DNA of 64,000 nucleotides from Candidatus Saccharicenans sp. (GTDB lineage Bacteria; Acidobacteriota; Aminicenantia; Aminicenantales; Saccharicenantaceae): NCBI GenBank assembly GCA_035416665.1, contig DAOLNQ010000003.1, positions 7,475 to 71,474 of the forward strand, read 5' to 3'. Shown piece by piece: positions 19,687 to 28,571 of this stretch (position 1 is its first letter; each line of letters starts with the position of its first letter). The notes under the pieces were generated by a model. It saw only the letters and a program-made list of their open reading frames with translations, ran no database searches and was not told where the DNA came from. The position numbers and the translations under genes were made by a program.

Positions 19687-20715
19687 TTGGCGAATATAAG
19701 AGAACAGATCGAGGAGCTGGAAAGAAAAGTTCTTTCCCCTCAAGCCTGCCTGAGTACGGCCAGCCAGGGCAGGCTAAGGCCAGAACAACCTCATCCTCTG
19801 CGAACTGCTTTTCAGCGGGACCGCGACCGGATTATTCACTCCAAATCATTTCGCCGATTAAAACATAAGACTCAAGTCTTTCTATCACCTTTTGGCGATC
19901 ATTTCCGGACGAGATTGACGCATACGCTGGAAGTGTCCCAGATTGCCCGCACCATTGCCCGCTCTCTTCGCCTGAATGAAGATCTGACTGAAGCTATCGC
20001 CCTGGGCCATGACCTGGGGCATACGCCTTTCGGCCATGCCGGAGAAGAAATCTTAAATGAGCTTTTGCCCGATGGCTTCCGTCATTCAGAGCAAAGTCTC
20101 AGGGTGGTTGACAAACTTGAATATGAAGGCAAAGGTCTTAACCTGACTTTTGAAGTCCGCGATGGAATTCTGAGGCATTCCAAAGGGCGGGGAGAAATAT
20201 TGAACGATGACCCGGAAGGCAGGCCGGCCACGCTGGAAGGTCAGATTGTGCGGGTTTCAGACGTTATTGCCTATGTCAACCATGACATTGATGATGCCCT
20301 TCGAGCGAGTATTATCAAAGAGGAAGATATTCCCTCTAAAATTACTGAGACACTGGGCAAACTTCATGCTACCAGGATCGATCGTCTGGTCACCGATGTG
20401 GTCGAAACCAGCCTGAAGGTTGGACTGGAACGAATTGCCATGAGTCATAAAATTTATCAGGCCTTACTTGACCTCAGGAATTTCCTTTACGATCGGGTCT
20501 ACCTCAATTCTGAAGCCCGAGCAGAACTGAATAAAACCAGGAAAGTGGTGAAAGAACTGTATGAATATTTACTCAAAAACCCAGGTGATGGGGTTAAAAA
20601 TTACCCCAGGGGAGATCCACTGGAAAGAAGGGTAGCCGATTTTGTGGCTGGCATGACCGATAGCTATGCTCTGGCTCTTTATGAAAGGATATTCCTGCCC
20701 CATATCAGATTTTAA
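19687..20715 (+). CDS. dGTPase-like HD-domain phosphohydrolase (deoxyguanosinetriphosphate triphosphohydrolase family)
   Basis: The HD-domain signature is present ([17 protein letters not shown]...[14 protein letters not shown]). The dGTPase-like N-terminus reads [24 protein letters not shown]. The start codon is TTG, following GGAGG. Confidence 0.75.
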   Translation: MANIREQIEELERKVLSPQACLSTASQGRLRPEQPHPLRTAFQRDRDRIIHSKSFRRLKHKTQVFLSPFGDHFRTRLTHTLEVSQIARTIARSLRLNEDLTEAIALGHDLGHTPFGHAGEEILNELLPDGFRHSEQSLRVVDKLEYEGKGLNLTFEVRDGILRHSKGRGEILNDDPEGRPATLEGQIVRVSDVIAYVNHDIDDALRASIIKEEDIPSKITETLGKLHATRIDRLVTDVVETSLKVGLERIAMSHKIYQALLDLRNFLYDRVYLNSEARAELNKTRKVVKELYEYLLKNPGDGVKNYPRGDPLERRVADFVAGMTDSYALALYERIFLPHIRF

Positions 20716-21138
20716 GATGAGTCTCTCTGCCTGAAGTTCTTTGATATTTTAAATAAGTTATGAGGAGAGCTACGCTCTTTTTAGTGCCTACGGGCGCTGG
20801 AGATATTTCCATCCGGCCTTTAACCAGGTGTTGTCCTTCTGGAGAAGGCCTTAATAGCGGCAGTTTTTCAAAAGAATGGTTCATGTTCATCCAGGCGTAG
20901 AGGTCCGAAGAACCAGGCAGAGAAAAGGCAGACTTTAAGAGTGGCTGGTGGCGAAACTAACGCCTGCCAGGTGGGACTTCAGGCACTGCCTGCAGGATGG
21001 AATTCTCGCTGCTAACATCTTGAAAATAAAATAAATGAACTGACCTCAGTCTATTAGACAAATCCCTATTATTTTGCTATACTATAAATACATCTTCTCT
21101 TGCCACTGTCAATCAGGCTGTTCAGCCGGAGGTTAAAA

Positions 21139-21888
21139 GTGAGACTCGAAAGTTCACCAGTGCTAGAAGTAAATAAATTATCAAAATCATTTAATTCTTT
21201 TCAAGCAGTTAAGGAAGTTAGCTTTGAGCTTTACCGCGGTGAAATTCTTGGCCTCCTTGGTCCTAACGGTGCGGGTAAGACCACCATCATTCATATGTTA
21301 CTTGGTTTAACTCTGCCCACCTCCGGTGAGATAAGGATATTTGGGCTGAACCCGGAAAAGTCGAGACAGAGGGAAAAGATCCTGGGCAGGATGAATTTTT
21401 CCTCGACTTATGTTGCCATGCCTTATTCGCTTAAGGTGCGAGAATCCTTGATGGTTTTTGCCGGGCTTTATGGCGTCAAGAAACCGAGGCAGAAAATAGA
21501 CGCCCTGATTGAACAATTTGATTTAAAGGATTCAGCCAATAAAGCAGTCAGAACGCTCTCTTCTGGCCAGATGACGAGATTAAACCTGGCCAAGGCTTTC
21601 ATCAATGACCCTGAAATTTTGCTTCTGGACGAACCCACTGCCAGTCTTGACCCGGATATTGCTGATCGAACCAGAAACTACCTGATTGAGGTTAAGAAGA
21701 CAAAAAATATGGCTATTCTTTATACCTCTCATAACATGAGGGAAATGGAGGCTATCTCCGATCATCTGCTGTTCCTTCACCATGGTGAGATTATTGCCCG
21801 GGGGACACCAGCCGAGGTGGTCAGGCATTTTCGCGGCGAAAATCTGGAAGAGGTCTTTTTAAAGATTGCCCGGGAGGTAGAGGTATGA
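21139..21888 (+). CDS. ABC transporter ATP-binding protein
   Basis: Walker A GPNGAGKTT, the signature LSSGQMTRL and Walker B ILLLDEPT are all present. The GTG at 21139 lies 7 nt after GGAGG; the ORF is open from 21100. Confidence 0.8.
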   Translation: MRLESSPVLEVNKLSKSFNSFQAVKEVSFELYRGEILGLLGPNGAGKTTIIHMLLGLTLPTSGEIRIFGLNPEKSRQREKILGRMNFSSTYVAMPYSLKVRESLMVFAGLYGVKKPRQKIDALIEQFDLKDSANKAVRTLSSGQMTRLNLAKAFINDPEILLLDEPTASLDPDIADRTRNYLIEVKKTKNMAILYTSHNMREMEAISDHLLFLHHGEIIARGTPAEVVRHFRGENLEEVFLKIAREVEV

Positions 21889-22685
21889 GCTTCCGCCGCA
21901 TCTCAGCTATGTTTCTCCGTCACACCTATCTTTATCGCCATAGTTTTACCAGGTTAATTGAAATAGTTTATTGGCCGCTGTTAGATCTTCTCCTCTGGGG
22001 CTTTGTCAGCGTTTACATCACCAAGCTTACCTCACAGGGGCAAACCACACCCAATTTTTTAGCTATCTTCCTCGGGGCTTTAATCCTCTGGGATATTCTT
22101 TTTCGCTCCCAGCAAGGTATATCTGTTTCTTTTCTGGAAGAGGTCTGGGCCAGAAATTTTCTCAATCTTTTTGTCAGTCCACTGACCATCAGTGAATACC
22201 TCGTCTCCCTGATGCTGGTTTCTCTCTTTAAAGTAGTGGTCGTTTTTCTGGTCAGCTCGCTTCTGGCCTGGCTGCTCTATTCTTTTAATCTTTTTATTAT
22301 CGGGCTTCATCTTTTGCCTTTCATGATTAATCTGATTATCATGGGCTGGTCAATTGGCCTTTTAACCACGGCCTTTATCTTGAGATTCGGTCAGCAGGCA
22401 GAAGTCTTAGCCTGGGGAATTGCTGTTCTCTTCCAGCCGGTTTCAGCTGTTTTTTACCCGGTTTCAGTCTTGCCCCATTTTCTTCAGGTAATTGCCAGCT
22501 ATGTCCCTGCTTCCTATGTCTTTGAAGGCATGCGAGCAGTAATCATGGGCCAGAGTTTCCCGAGCGGTTATCTTCTTAAATCTTTTGGGTTGAACTTTGT
22601 TTATCTTGTTCTGGCTCTGATTCTTTTTTTCCACATGTTTAGAGTAGTTAAAGTCAAAGGGCTGCTGGTTCATATGGGTGAATAA
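21885..22685 (+). CDS. ABC-2 type transporter permease
   Basis: 266 aa with six TM helices. Its start overlaps the stop of the upstream ATPase gene by 4 nt. Confidence 0.7.
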   Translation: MSFRRISAMFLRHTYLYRHSFTRLIEIVYWPLLDLLLWGFVSVYITKLTSQGQTTPNFLAIFLGALILWDILFRSQQGISVSFLEEVWARNFLNLFVSPLTISEYLVSLMLVSLFKVVVVFLVSSLLAWLLYSFNLFIIGLHLLPFMINLIIMGWSIGLLTTAFILRFGQQAEVLAWGIAVLFQPVSAVFYPVSVLPHFLQVIASYVPASYVFEGMRAVIMGQSFPSGYLLKSFGLNFVYLVLALILFFHMFRVVKVKGLLVHMGE

Positions 22686-22849
22686 AGAACTAGTTGTGAT
22701 GAGATTCCGCCGGGCGGGAATTGAGCTTTTCATCAATTCAGCTGGCCTGGAGCTATCCGTCCTGAAACTCAGTTTTGAGGAAAGTCTCTACTTGAGAGTG
22801 GCTCTTATTCACCATATAATAGAAGCTAATTTTTTTCGGGAGTTAAAAA

Positions 22850-24676
22850 ATGTCTTCAGTTTCTATCTTAGAGAAAATTGCCAAACGTCTCAGAATCCAT
22901 TCACTGCAGATGACCACGGCCGCTGGCTCTGGCCATCCTTCAACCTGTCTGTCCTGTGCTGAGATTATGGCCTGCCTTTTTTTCCATGAAATGCGTTATA
23001 ATCCCCGCGATCCTGAAGCCTGGGAAAATGATGAATTTGTTCTGTCCAAAGGGCATGCTGCTCCTATTCTCTGGGCGGCTTATGCTGAGGCCGGAATTAT
23101 TCCTCAAAATTCACTTCTTGGCTTGAGAAAAATCAGCAGCGACCTGGAAGGGCATCCGACACCGCGTATGCCCTGGGTCAAAGCGGCCACTGGCTCTCTC
23201 GGCCAGGGGCTGTCTATCGGGGTTGGACTGGCCCTGGCTCAAAAGCTGGCCGGGGTCAAAGCCAGGACTTTTGTGCTGATGGGCGATGGGGAATGCGCCG
23301 AGGGGTCAGTCTGGGAAGCGGCCAATGCCGGGCGTGAGTTTAAGCTGGGAAACCTGGTGGCTATAGTCGATGTCAATCGTCTGGGGCAGTCCGAGCCAAC
23401 CATGCACCAGCATGACTTAAAGGCTTATGCTAAAAAGTTTCAGGCTTTTGGCTGGGAAGTTTATCAGGTTGATGGCCATAAAATTGAGAAAATAATGGAG
23501 GCTCTGGCCAGGACGCGCCAGGGAACAAAGCCGAAAGTCATTTTAGCCCGAACGATAAAAGGCAAAGGAGTGTCTTTTATCGAAGATAAGAATGGCTGGC
23601 ATGGCAAGCCGCTTAAACCGGAAGAGCTGGAAAAGGCCTTAGCTGAACTTGGACCGATGCCTGAAGTTGAGGCCAGAAAATATGTAAGAAGTCGCCAAAA
23701 AGTCAAGCGACCAGAATGGAAAAACAACTTTGAGTTCGAGCTTCCTTCTTATAAAGATAAAACTGCCACCAGACTGGCTTACGGACTGGCTCTGGAAAAA
23801 CTTGGTCGGGTTAATGATCGGGTGGTGGTCATTGACGGTGATGTGAAAAATTCAACCTATACGGATAAATTTTTTGCTTCTTTCCCTGACCGCGCTTTTG
23901 AATCGTACATAGCCGAGCAGAATATGATCGGCATGGCGATCGGCCTGGCGGCCAAAGGCTTTTTGCCCTTTGCCGCCACTTTCGCTGCTTTCCTGACCAG
24001 GGCTCATGATCAGATCAGAATGGCTGCTTATTCTTTTTCTAATATCAAGCTGTGTGGTTCCCATGTTGGGGTCAGCATCGGCGAGGATGGACCGTCCCAG
24101 ATGGGACTGGAAGATTTAGCCATGTTCCTGCCCATCCCGGGTTGCACTGTGCTTTATCCTTCTGATGGAGTATCAACTGAAAAATGCGTTAAAGAAGCGG
24201 CCAGGCACAAAGGAATGGTTTATATCCGAACAACCAGGCCAGCCACGCCAATTCTATATTCTCCCCAGGAGGAATTCCCGATTGGTGGATCAAAGGTGGT
24301 CAAAAAAAGTGAGCAGGATGCAGTCACAGTAGTGGCCGCTGGCATCACTGTCCATGAGGCTCTGCGGGCAGCTGAGCTTCTCGAAAAGGATGGAATAAAC
24401 ATCAGGGTGATTGATGCCTATTCGGTTAAGCCGCTGGATTCCGAGACGATAATTAAATCAGCCAAGGAGACCGGCGGGCGGGTGGTGGTAGTTGAGGATC
24501 ATTTTGAACAGGGCGGGCTGGGGACTGCGATCGCTCTTATTCTGCCTGAAAAAAAGCTCTGGAAGCATCTCTGTATCAGAGATATTCCTCGCTCAGGACG
24601 TCCCGAAGAGCTCATGGCTAAATATGGAATAGAGGCGGCAGCGATAGTAACCGCAGTTAAATCTTTGCTGGCCTGA
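22850..24676 (+). CDS. tkt: transketolase
   Basis: The N-terminal TPP-binding domain is present (GHPSTCLSCAEIMACLFF, GSLGQGLSIGVGLA, MGDGECAEG). Pyrimidine-binding and C-terminal domains follow (FLPFAATFAAFLTRAHDQIR). Confidence 0.8.
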   Translation: MSSVSILEKIAKRLRIHSLQMTTAAGSGHPSTCLSCAEIMACLFFHEMRYNPRDPEAWENDEFVLSKGHAAPILWAAYAEAGIIPQNSLLGLRKISSDLEGHPTPRMPWVKAATGSLGQGLSIGVGLALAQKLAGVKARTFVLMGDGECAEGSVWEAANAGREFKLGNLVAIVDVNRLGQSEPTMHQHDLKAYAKKFQAFGWEVYQVDGHKIEKIMEALARTRQGTKPKVILARTIKGKGVSFIEDKNGWHGKPLKPEELEKALAELGPMPEVEARKYVRSRQKVKRPEWKNNFEFELPSYKDKTATRLAYGLALEKLGRVNDRVVVIDGDVKNSTYTDKFFASFPDRAFESYIAEQNMIGMAIGLAAKGFLPFAATFAAFLTRAHDQIRMAAYSFSNIKLCGSHVGVSIGEDGPSQMGLEDLAMFLPIPGCTVLYPSDGVSTEKCVKEAARHKGMVYIRTTRPATPILYSPQEEFPIGGSKVVKKSEQDAVTVVAAGITVHEALRAAELLEKDGINIRVIDAYSVKPLDSETIIKSAKETGGRVVVVEDHFEQGGLGTAIALILPEKKLWKHLCIRDIPRSGRPEELMAKYGIEAAAIVTAVKSLLA

Positions 24677-24837
24677 TCGCAGGTCTGGCCGATGGCAAAA
24701 CAAGAAAAATGAAAATTCAGACGAATATAATAATGGTTAGAAAAAGCTAACGGGTCAAAAACTGAAAAATGTAAAATGTATGCACAACCGGCGTCTATCT
24801 GGAGCAATTATTTTTTAATTTAAAAGGCAGGTGGGCC

Positions 24838-26253
24838 ATGTACGGGAAAATTAATGAGGACATCCTTGGTGAGCTGAAATCAATAGCTGGCGATAATAAC
24901 GTGATTACTTCTCCGGAGGAAGTCTGCGTCTATGCTAATGACGAGTATGTCTGCCAGCCGGCTGGCTGTCAGCCGGAGGTAGTCGTCAGACCAGGGAAGG
25001 TCGCAGAAGTTTCGGCTATTTTAAAGCTGGCCAGCGAGCACCGGCTGCCCGTTACGCCGCGGGGCGGCGGGACCGGTCTGGCTGGGGGCTGCGTGCCGGT
25101 CTATGGCGGGATCGTCCTGAGTCTCCAGAGAATGAATAAGTTCCTGGAGCTTGACCCGAAAAACCAGGTGGCGGTGGTCGAAGCCGGGCTAACTCTGGGC
25201 GAGTTTATTACCCAGGTCGAAAAGCAGGGATTTTATTTTCCGCCTCATCCCGGAGATGAGGGAGCTATGTTTGGCGGGATGATTGCCACCAATGCCGGCG
25301 GGAGCCGGGCGGTCAAATACGGGGTAATTCGCAACTATATTAAAGGGCTGGAAGTCGTCCTGGCCGACGGCGAAGTCATCCACCCCGGAGGGAAGCTTAT
25401 CAAAAATTCTTCTGGTTATAACCTGGTGAATTTGTTTATTGGCTCAGAAGGTACGCTGGGAGTGATTACCAGAGCCATCGTTCAGGTGATGAGCAGGCCG
25501 ACTTTTCTCCGGACGATGGTTATTCCTTTTGACAATATTGAGCAAGCCATAGATAATGTGCCGCTCATTTTTGACCACGGCATTTTGCCCATGGCTGTCG
25601 AATTTGCCGGTCTGGATGTTCTCCGGCTGACAGAAGAGCATCTTCATCTTAACTGGCCAACTCATTCAGGAGACATGCACCTGATGATCATTGTTGATGC
25701 TGACTCAGAAGACGATCTGGGGAAAATGACAGACGAGATAGCTGATATTGTGCTTGAAAATGGAGCCCTGGATGTTTTTGTAGCTGATACGGCGGCTAAA
25801 CAGGATGAAGTTTTGAAAATCCGCTCGGAGATTTATGAAGCTATAAAAAAGGAGACCATTGACATCCTGGATACCAGTGTGCCCCGCTCGGAAATAGCCG
25901 GGCATGTCAGGAAAATTCACGAAGTTGCTCAAAAATACGGTTTGTGGCTGCCCGTTTTCGGGCATGCCGGCGATGGCAATGTCCATACCCATCTGATGAA
26001 GGCTAAATATGAAAATGGGCGGATGGTGCCGGTTAATGTTGAGGAGATAAAAGACAAACTGGAAATGGCCAGGCAGGAACTGTTCCAGGATGCAGCCAGG
26101 CGAGGCGGAGTTATCTCGGGCGAGCATGGTATTGGCCTTTATAAAAAGAATTATTTCCCTTTGACCATGGAAGCAGGCCAGATTGAACTGATGAAGAAAA
26201 TCAAGCAAGCCGCTGATCCTCTGGGCATTCTCAACCCAGGCAAAATATTTTAG
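24838..26253 (+). CDS. FAD-binding oxidoreductase (GlcD / D-lactate dehydrogenase-like FAD-linked oxidase)
   Basis: 471 aa. An FAD_binding_4 region is present (PRGGGTGLAGGCVP, GSEGTLGVITRAIVQV), followed by an FAD-oxidase C-terminal domain. Confidence 0.8.
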   Translation: MYGKINEDILGELKSIAGDNNVITSPEEVCVYANDEYVCQPAGCQPEVVVRPGKVAEVSAILKLASEHRLPVTPRGGGTGLAGGCVPVYGGIVLSLQRMNKFLELDPKNQVAVVEAGLTLGEFITQVEKQGFYFPPHPGDEGAMFGGMIATNAGGSRAVKYGVIRNYIKGLEVVLADGEVIHPGGKLIKNSSGYNLVNLFIGSEGTLGVITRAIVQVMSRPTFLRTMVIPFDNIEQAIDNVPLIFDHGILPMAVEFAGLDVLRLTEEHLHLNWPTHSGDMHLMIIVDADSEDDLGKMTDEIADIVLENGALDVFVADTAAKQDEVLKIRSEIYEAIKKETIDILDTSVPRSEIAGHVRKIHEVAQKYGLWLPVFGHAGDGNVHTHLMKAKYENGRMVPVNVEEIKDKLEMARQELFQDAARRGGVISGEHGIGLYKKNYFPLTMEAGQIELMKKIKQAADPLGILNPGKIF

Positions 26254-26586
26254 AAGTCAGTAAAGAATAAACGCCCGGCGAGAGAAAAAAAAGTAAATTG
26301 CCTGAAAGCCTATTTGTTTGGTTCCTACCTCTGGCCAAGGTCAGAGCAAGACTTGGCCTTTGCCTGTATAAGCCACTGAAGATATAGGTCAAATTATAAA
26401 CCATTCATTAAGTTAAAAAATACTTGACAAAATGTGTGTCTTTGCTCTTATTTTAAGAGTAGAAGCAAAATGAAAAAGACAAGGGGTCAGCAGGAGTATG
26501 CCTTTGGCTAAAGGCGAATTCTATATAGAATAAGGTTAAAAATGGAAAAATTTAAATTTAATTATAGTGATTAAGGAGGCAAAGAA

Positions 26587-27735
26587 GTGCGTAAAAGATT
26601 TTCTTTTGTCTCAGGAAAAAGAGAGATGAGAAAGAGGTTAATAAGTGGGTGGATCCTGGTTATATTTATACTGAGTTCTGCGCATGGCCTGGAAATAACC
26701 TATGAGGGGAAAGTTCAGCTTGTTCAGAAAGAAGGCTTTTTTATTGGATCTCCCAGAGGTTTGGTGGTGACCGAAAAGGGCTTTATTATCATCTGTGATA
26801 GCCGGGCTTCGGATTTTAAGATCTTTAATCAGGAAGGCAAGGCACTCAGTGTTTTTGGCCGGAAAGGCTATGGGCCAGATGAATTTGCCGACCCCTGGCT
26901 TCACGATTATAAAAATGGGAAATTGCTCATTTCAGATACCAGCACCAAGAAATTGTATATTTATAGTGTTGATAAAGACTTAAAATTTCAGCAGACTAAG
27001 CAGACAATTGTAACCTCAGTTCTGGACGCAAAATTGATGGATGAAAAAGAAAAGATATTAATTGCCAGGTTGCCTATCACAGATAAAAATGCTGATAAAC
27101 CTTACGTCCTTTTTGCTATAGATATAAATGACGATGACCGTGACTACCTTCTGCCCTATGAACTTCAGCTGGGAGAAAATGTAAAACCAGTTGACTTTAA
27201 AAAAATCAACAGCAAAGGAAATCCCTGGGATATTCCGGACCTGATGATCTTACCATTCTGGATTTATTGTGACTACTATGGGAATGACGTTTATTTCATC
27301 TGGACAGCTAACCTGGATATCATCAAAATAGACCTGACCACCAAAGCCCACACCAGGTTTTCGCAGAAAACTGAAAAATATATAAAGCCAAAGGTCTCCT
27401 CTGAATATAAAAAAGCCTATATTGAACATAATTCAAAAGAATACGGAGATTGGAATACAAGGATGTCCTGGGTATGTAAGGTCTTTGCGGATTCAGATAT
27501 GGTGGGGATCGTTTATACCAATTTTGACAACAAAACTTCGAGGTGGAACTCTTTTCTCCAGATATATGATCACAATGGGGCCTTTCTCAAAGAAGCCCCT
27601 TTAGAAAATTTCAGTAGTACGTATGAGCGGCCTGATATCTATTATGACCGGGATAAAAAAACTCTTTACTGCCTCTCTGAAGAGTCGATAGGCACTGAGG
27701 GTGTTTATACGGTCTATAAGTACAGGCTGAGATGA
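26587..27735 (+). CDS. secreted NHL-repeat six-bladed beta-propeller protein, paralogue 1 (chimeric N-terminus)
   Basis: 382 aa. A GTG start lies 7 nt after an AAGGAGG RBS inherited from the duplicated leader. The first about 13 codons are homologous to the start of the small-peptide gene in copy 2, which indicates a deletion fusion. An NHL-like motif is present (GRKGYGPDEFADPW). The protein is a paralogue of 28572..29678. Confidence 0.6.
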   Translation: MRKRFSFVSGKREMRKRLISGWILVIFILSSAHGLEITYEGKVQLVQKEGFFIGSPRGLVVTEKGFIIICDSRASDFKIFNQEGKALSVFGRKGYGPDEFADPWLHDYKNGKLLISDTSTKKLYIYSVDKDLKFQQTKQTIVTSVLDAKLMDEKEKILIARLPITDKNADKPYVLFAIDINDDDRDYLLPYELQLGENVKPVDFKKINSKGNPWDIPDLMILPFWIYCDYYGNDVYFIWTANLDIIKIDLTTKAHTRFSQKTEKYIKPKVSSEYKKAYIEHNSKEYGDWNTRMSWVCKVFADSDMVGIVYTNFDNKTSRWNSFLQIYDHNGAFLKEAPLENFSSTYERPDIYYDRDKKTLYCLSEESIGTEGVYTVYKYRLR

Positions 27736-27800
27736 AGAAAAACCTGATAATATTGGTGTTGATTTGCTTCCATTAGTAGTAATGAGCTTTTGGCCAAAGT
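27732..27800 (+). pseudogene. truncated remnant of the thioredoxin-like gene (paralogue of 29675..30172)
   Basis: The ATG at 27732 overlaps the propeller stop as ATGA, exactly as in copy 2. It encodes MKKNLIILVLICFH and then a stop (compare MKKNLIILFLICSLIVA in the intact copy). Nucleotide similarity continues for about 30 nt beyond the stop. Confidence 0.45.
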
Positions 27801-28130
27801 TGAAAAGAGAATTCTCGGGGAGTTTATTAGAGGGAAGGTAATGGAGTTAATGAACTGGTTATTCTACTATGGTCGAAGTTCCATGGCGCCGCGCTTGAGG
27901 TCTGGAATGAGGTGGATATCTACTTGTTGGCCGATGGAGCTCGGGGAGAGGGATTTTGGTGGTTATAGAATTCTACATGCCGATCAGCATTGACAATTCT
28001 TTTTTGTCTAAAACAAAAAGGCATCCCAGTACTAAAATGCTTGCGTATCTGTTCTATGCATTTCTCCTATAACAGGAATGCATCATTAACTGATCACTTT
28101 TCAAGCGTAAATAAAAAGTTAAAAAAATAC

Positions 28131-28165
28131 TTGACAAAGATGTTTTTTTTTTTTTAACCTATAAA
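28131..28165 (+). promoter_or_regulatory. putative promoter of peptide operon containing T13 homopolymer in spacer
   Basis: TTGACA (28131-28136) lies within the block agttaaaaaaatacttgacaaa, which is also found at about 26418-26439 upstream of copy 1. The spacer aagatg plus T13 (28143-28155) is followed by a taacct/tataaa -10 candidate. A conserved leader of about 130 nt then runs to the ATG at 28292. Confidence 0.4.
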
Positions 28166-28291
28166 AAAAGGGAAATGAAAAAGACAAGCCGAGGCAGACG
28201 TGCGCTATTAGTTAAAAACGATTTTTTATGTATGGCAACGCTAAAAATGGGAAAATTTAAATTTAATTTTTATGATTAAGGAGGCAAAACA

Positions 28292-28513
28292 ATGCGCAAA
28301 AAAGTTTTTGTGGGGGTACTTATTCTTTTAATCACTATTTCGGCTCTTATTGCTGTCCCAAATTTCACTCCTAAAGCAAGGGCTTCAGCGCCGGAAGTTT
28401 ATGGGCAGTGGATTGGCGATGACACCTGTGGACCTGGTGGCTGGAGATGCTGGCAATATGAGTGTTACAACTGTTGGTGCCGTGATGTAGGCTCTGGTGA
28501 TTGCTGTAATTAA
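28292..28513 (+). CDS. small Sec-secreted Cys/Trp-rich peptide precursor (candidate bacteriocin-like or disulfide-rich peptide)
   Basis: 73 aa. A strong RBS is present (AAGGAGG, then 7 nt, then ATG). The Sec-type signal peptide is MRKKVFVGVLILLITISALIAVPNFTPKARASA, with an AxA cleavage site. The mature 40 residues are PEVYGQWIGDDTCGPGGWRCWQYECYNCWCRDVGSGDCCN, containing 7 Cys and 5 Trp. Confidence 0.6.
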   Translation: MRKKVFVGVLILLITISALIAVPNFTPKARASAPEVYGQWIGDDTCGPGGWRCWQYECYNCWCRDVGSGDCCN

Positions 28514-28524
28514 ATCTATTGAAT

Positions 28525-28560
28525 GAAGGCTGAAGGAACTGAAAGATTCCTTCAGCCTTC
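28525..28560 (+). terminator. stem-loop between peptide gene and propeller gene (partial terminator / attenuator)
   Basis: A perfect 13-bp inverted repeat, gaaggctgaagga and tccttcagccttc, is separated by a 10-nt loop. It lies 12 nt after the peptide stop codon. No U-tract follows it. The propeller ATG is 12 nt downstream. Confidence 0.5.
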
Positions 28561-28571
28561 CGAGGAATGAG

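Noticed and set aside
20716-21138. A 420-bp intergenic region examined for a small RNA or repeats
   Set aside because: There is no clear terminator, promoter pair or conserved structure by eye. A spurious 61-aa ORF is present on the minus strand. The region is left unannotated.
27422-27604. 60/67-aa ORFs overlapping the propeller genes in another frame (27422..27604 and 29344..29547), and 62/93-aa ORFs at 26795..26983 and 28648..28929
   Set aside because: They are duplicated only because the underlying propeller genes are duplicated. They are internal to a well-supported CDS and are spurious.
27790-27993. A 67-aa ORF in the gap between cassette copy 1 and copy 2
   Set aside because: There is no RBS. 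It lies in the degraded region following the thioredoxin-like gene stub and is probably non-coding decay sequence.
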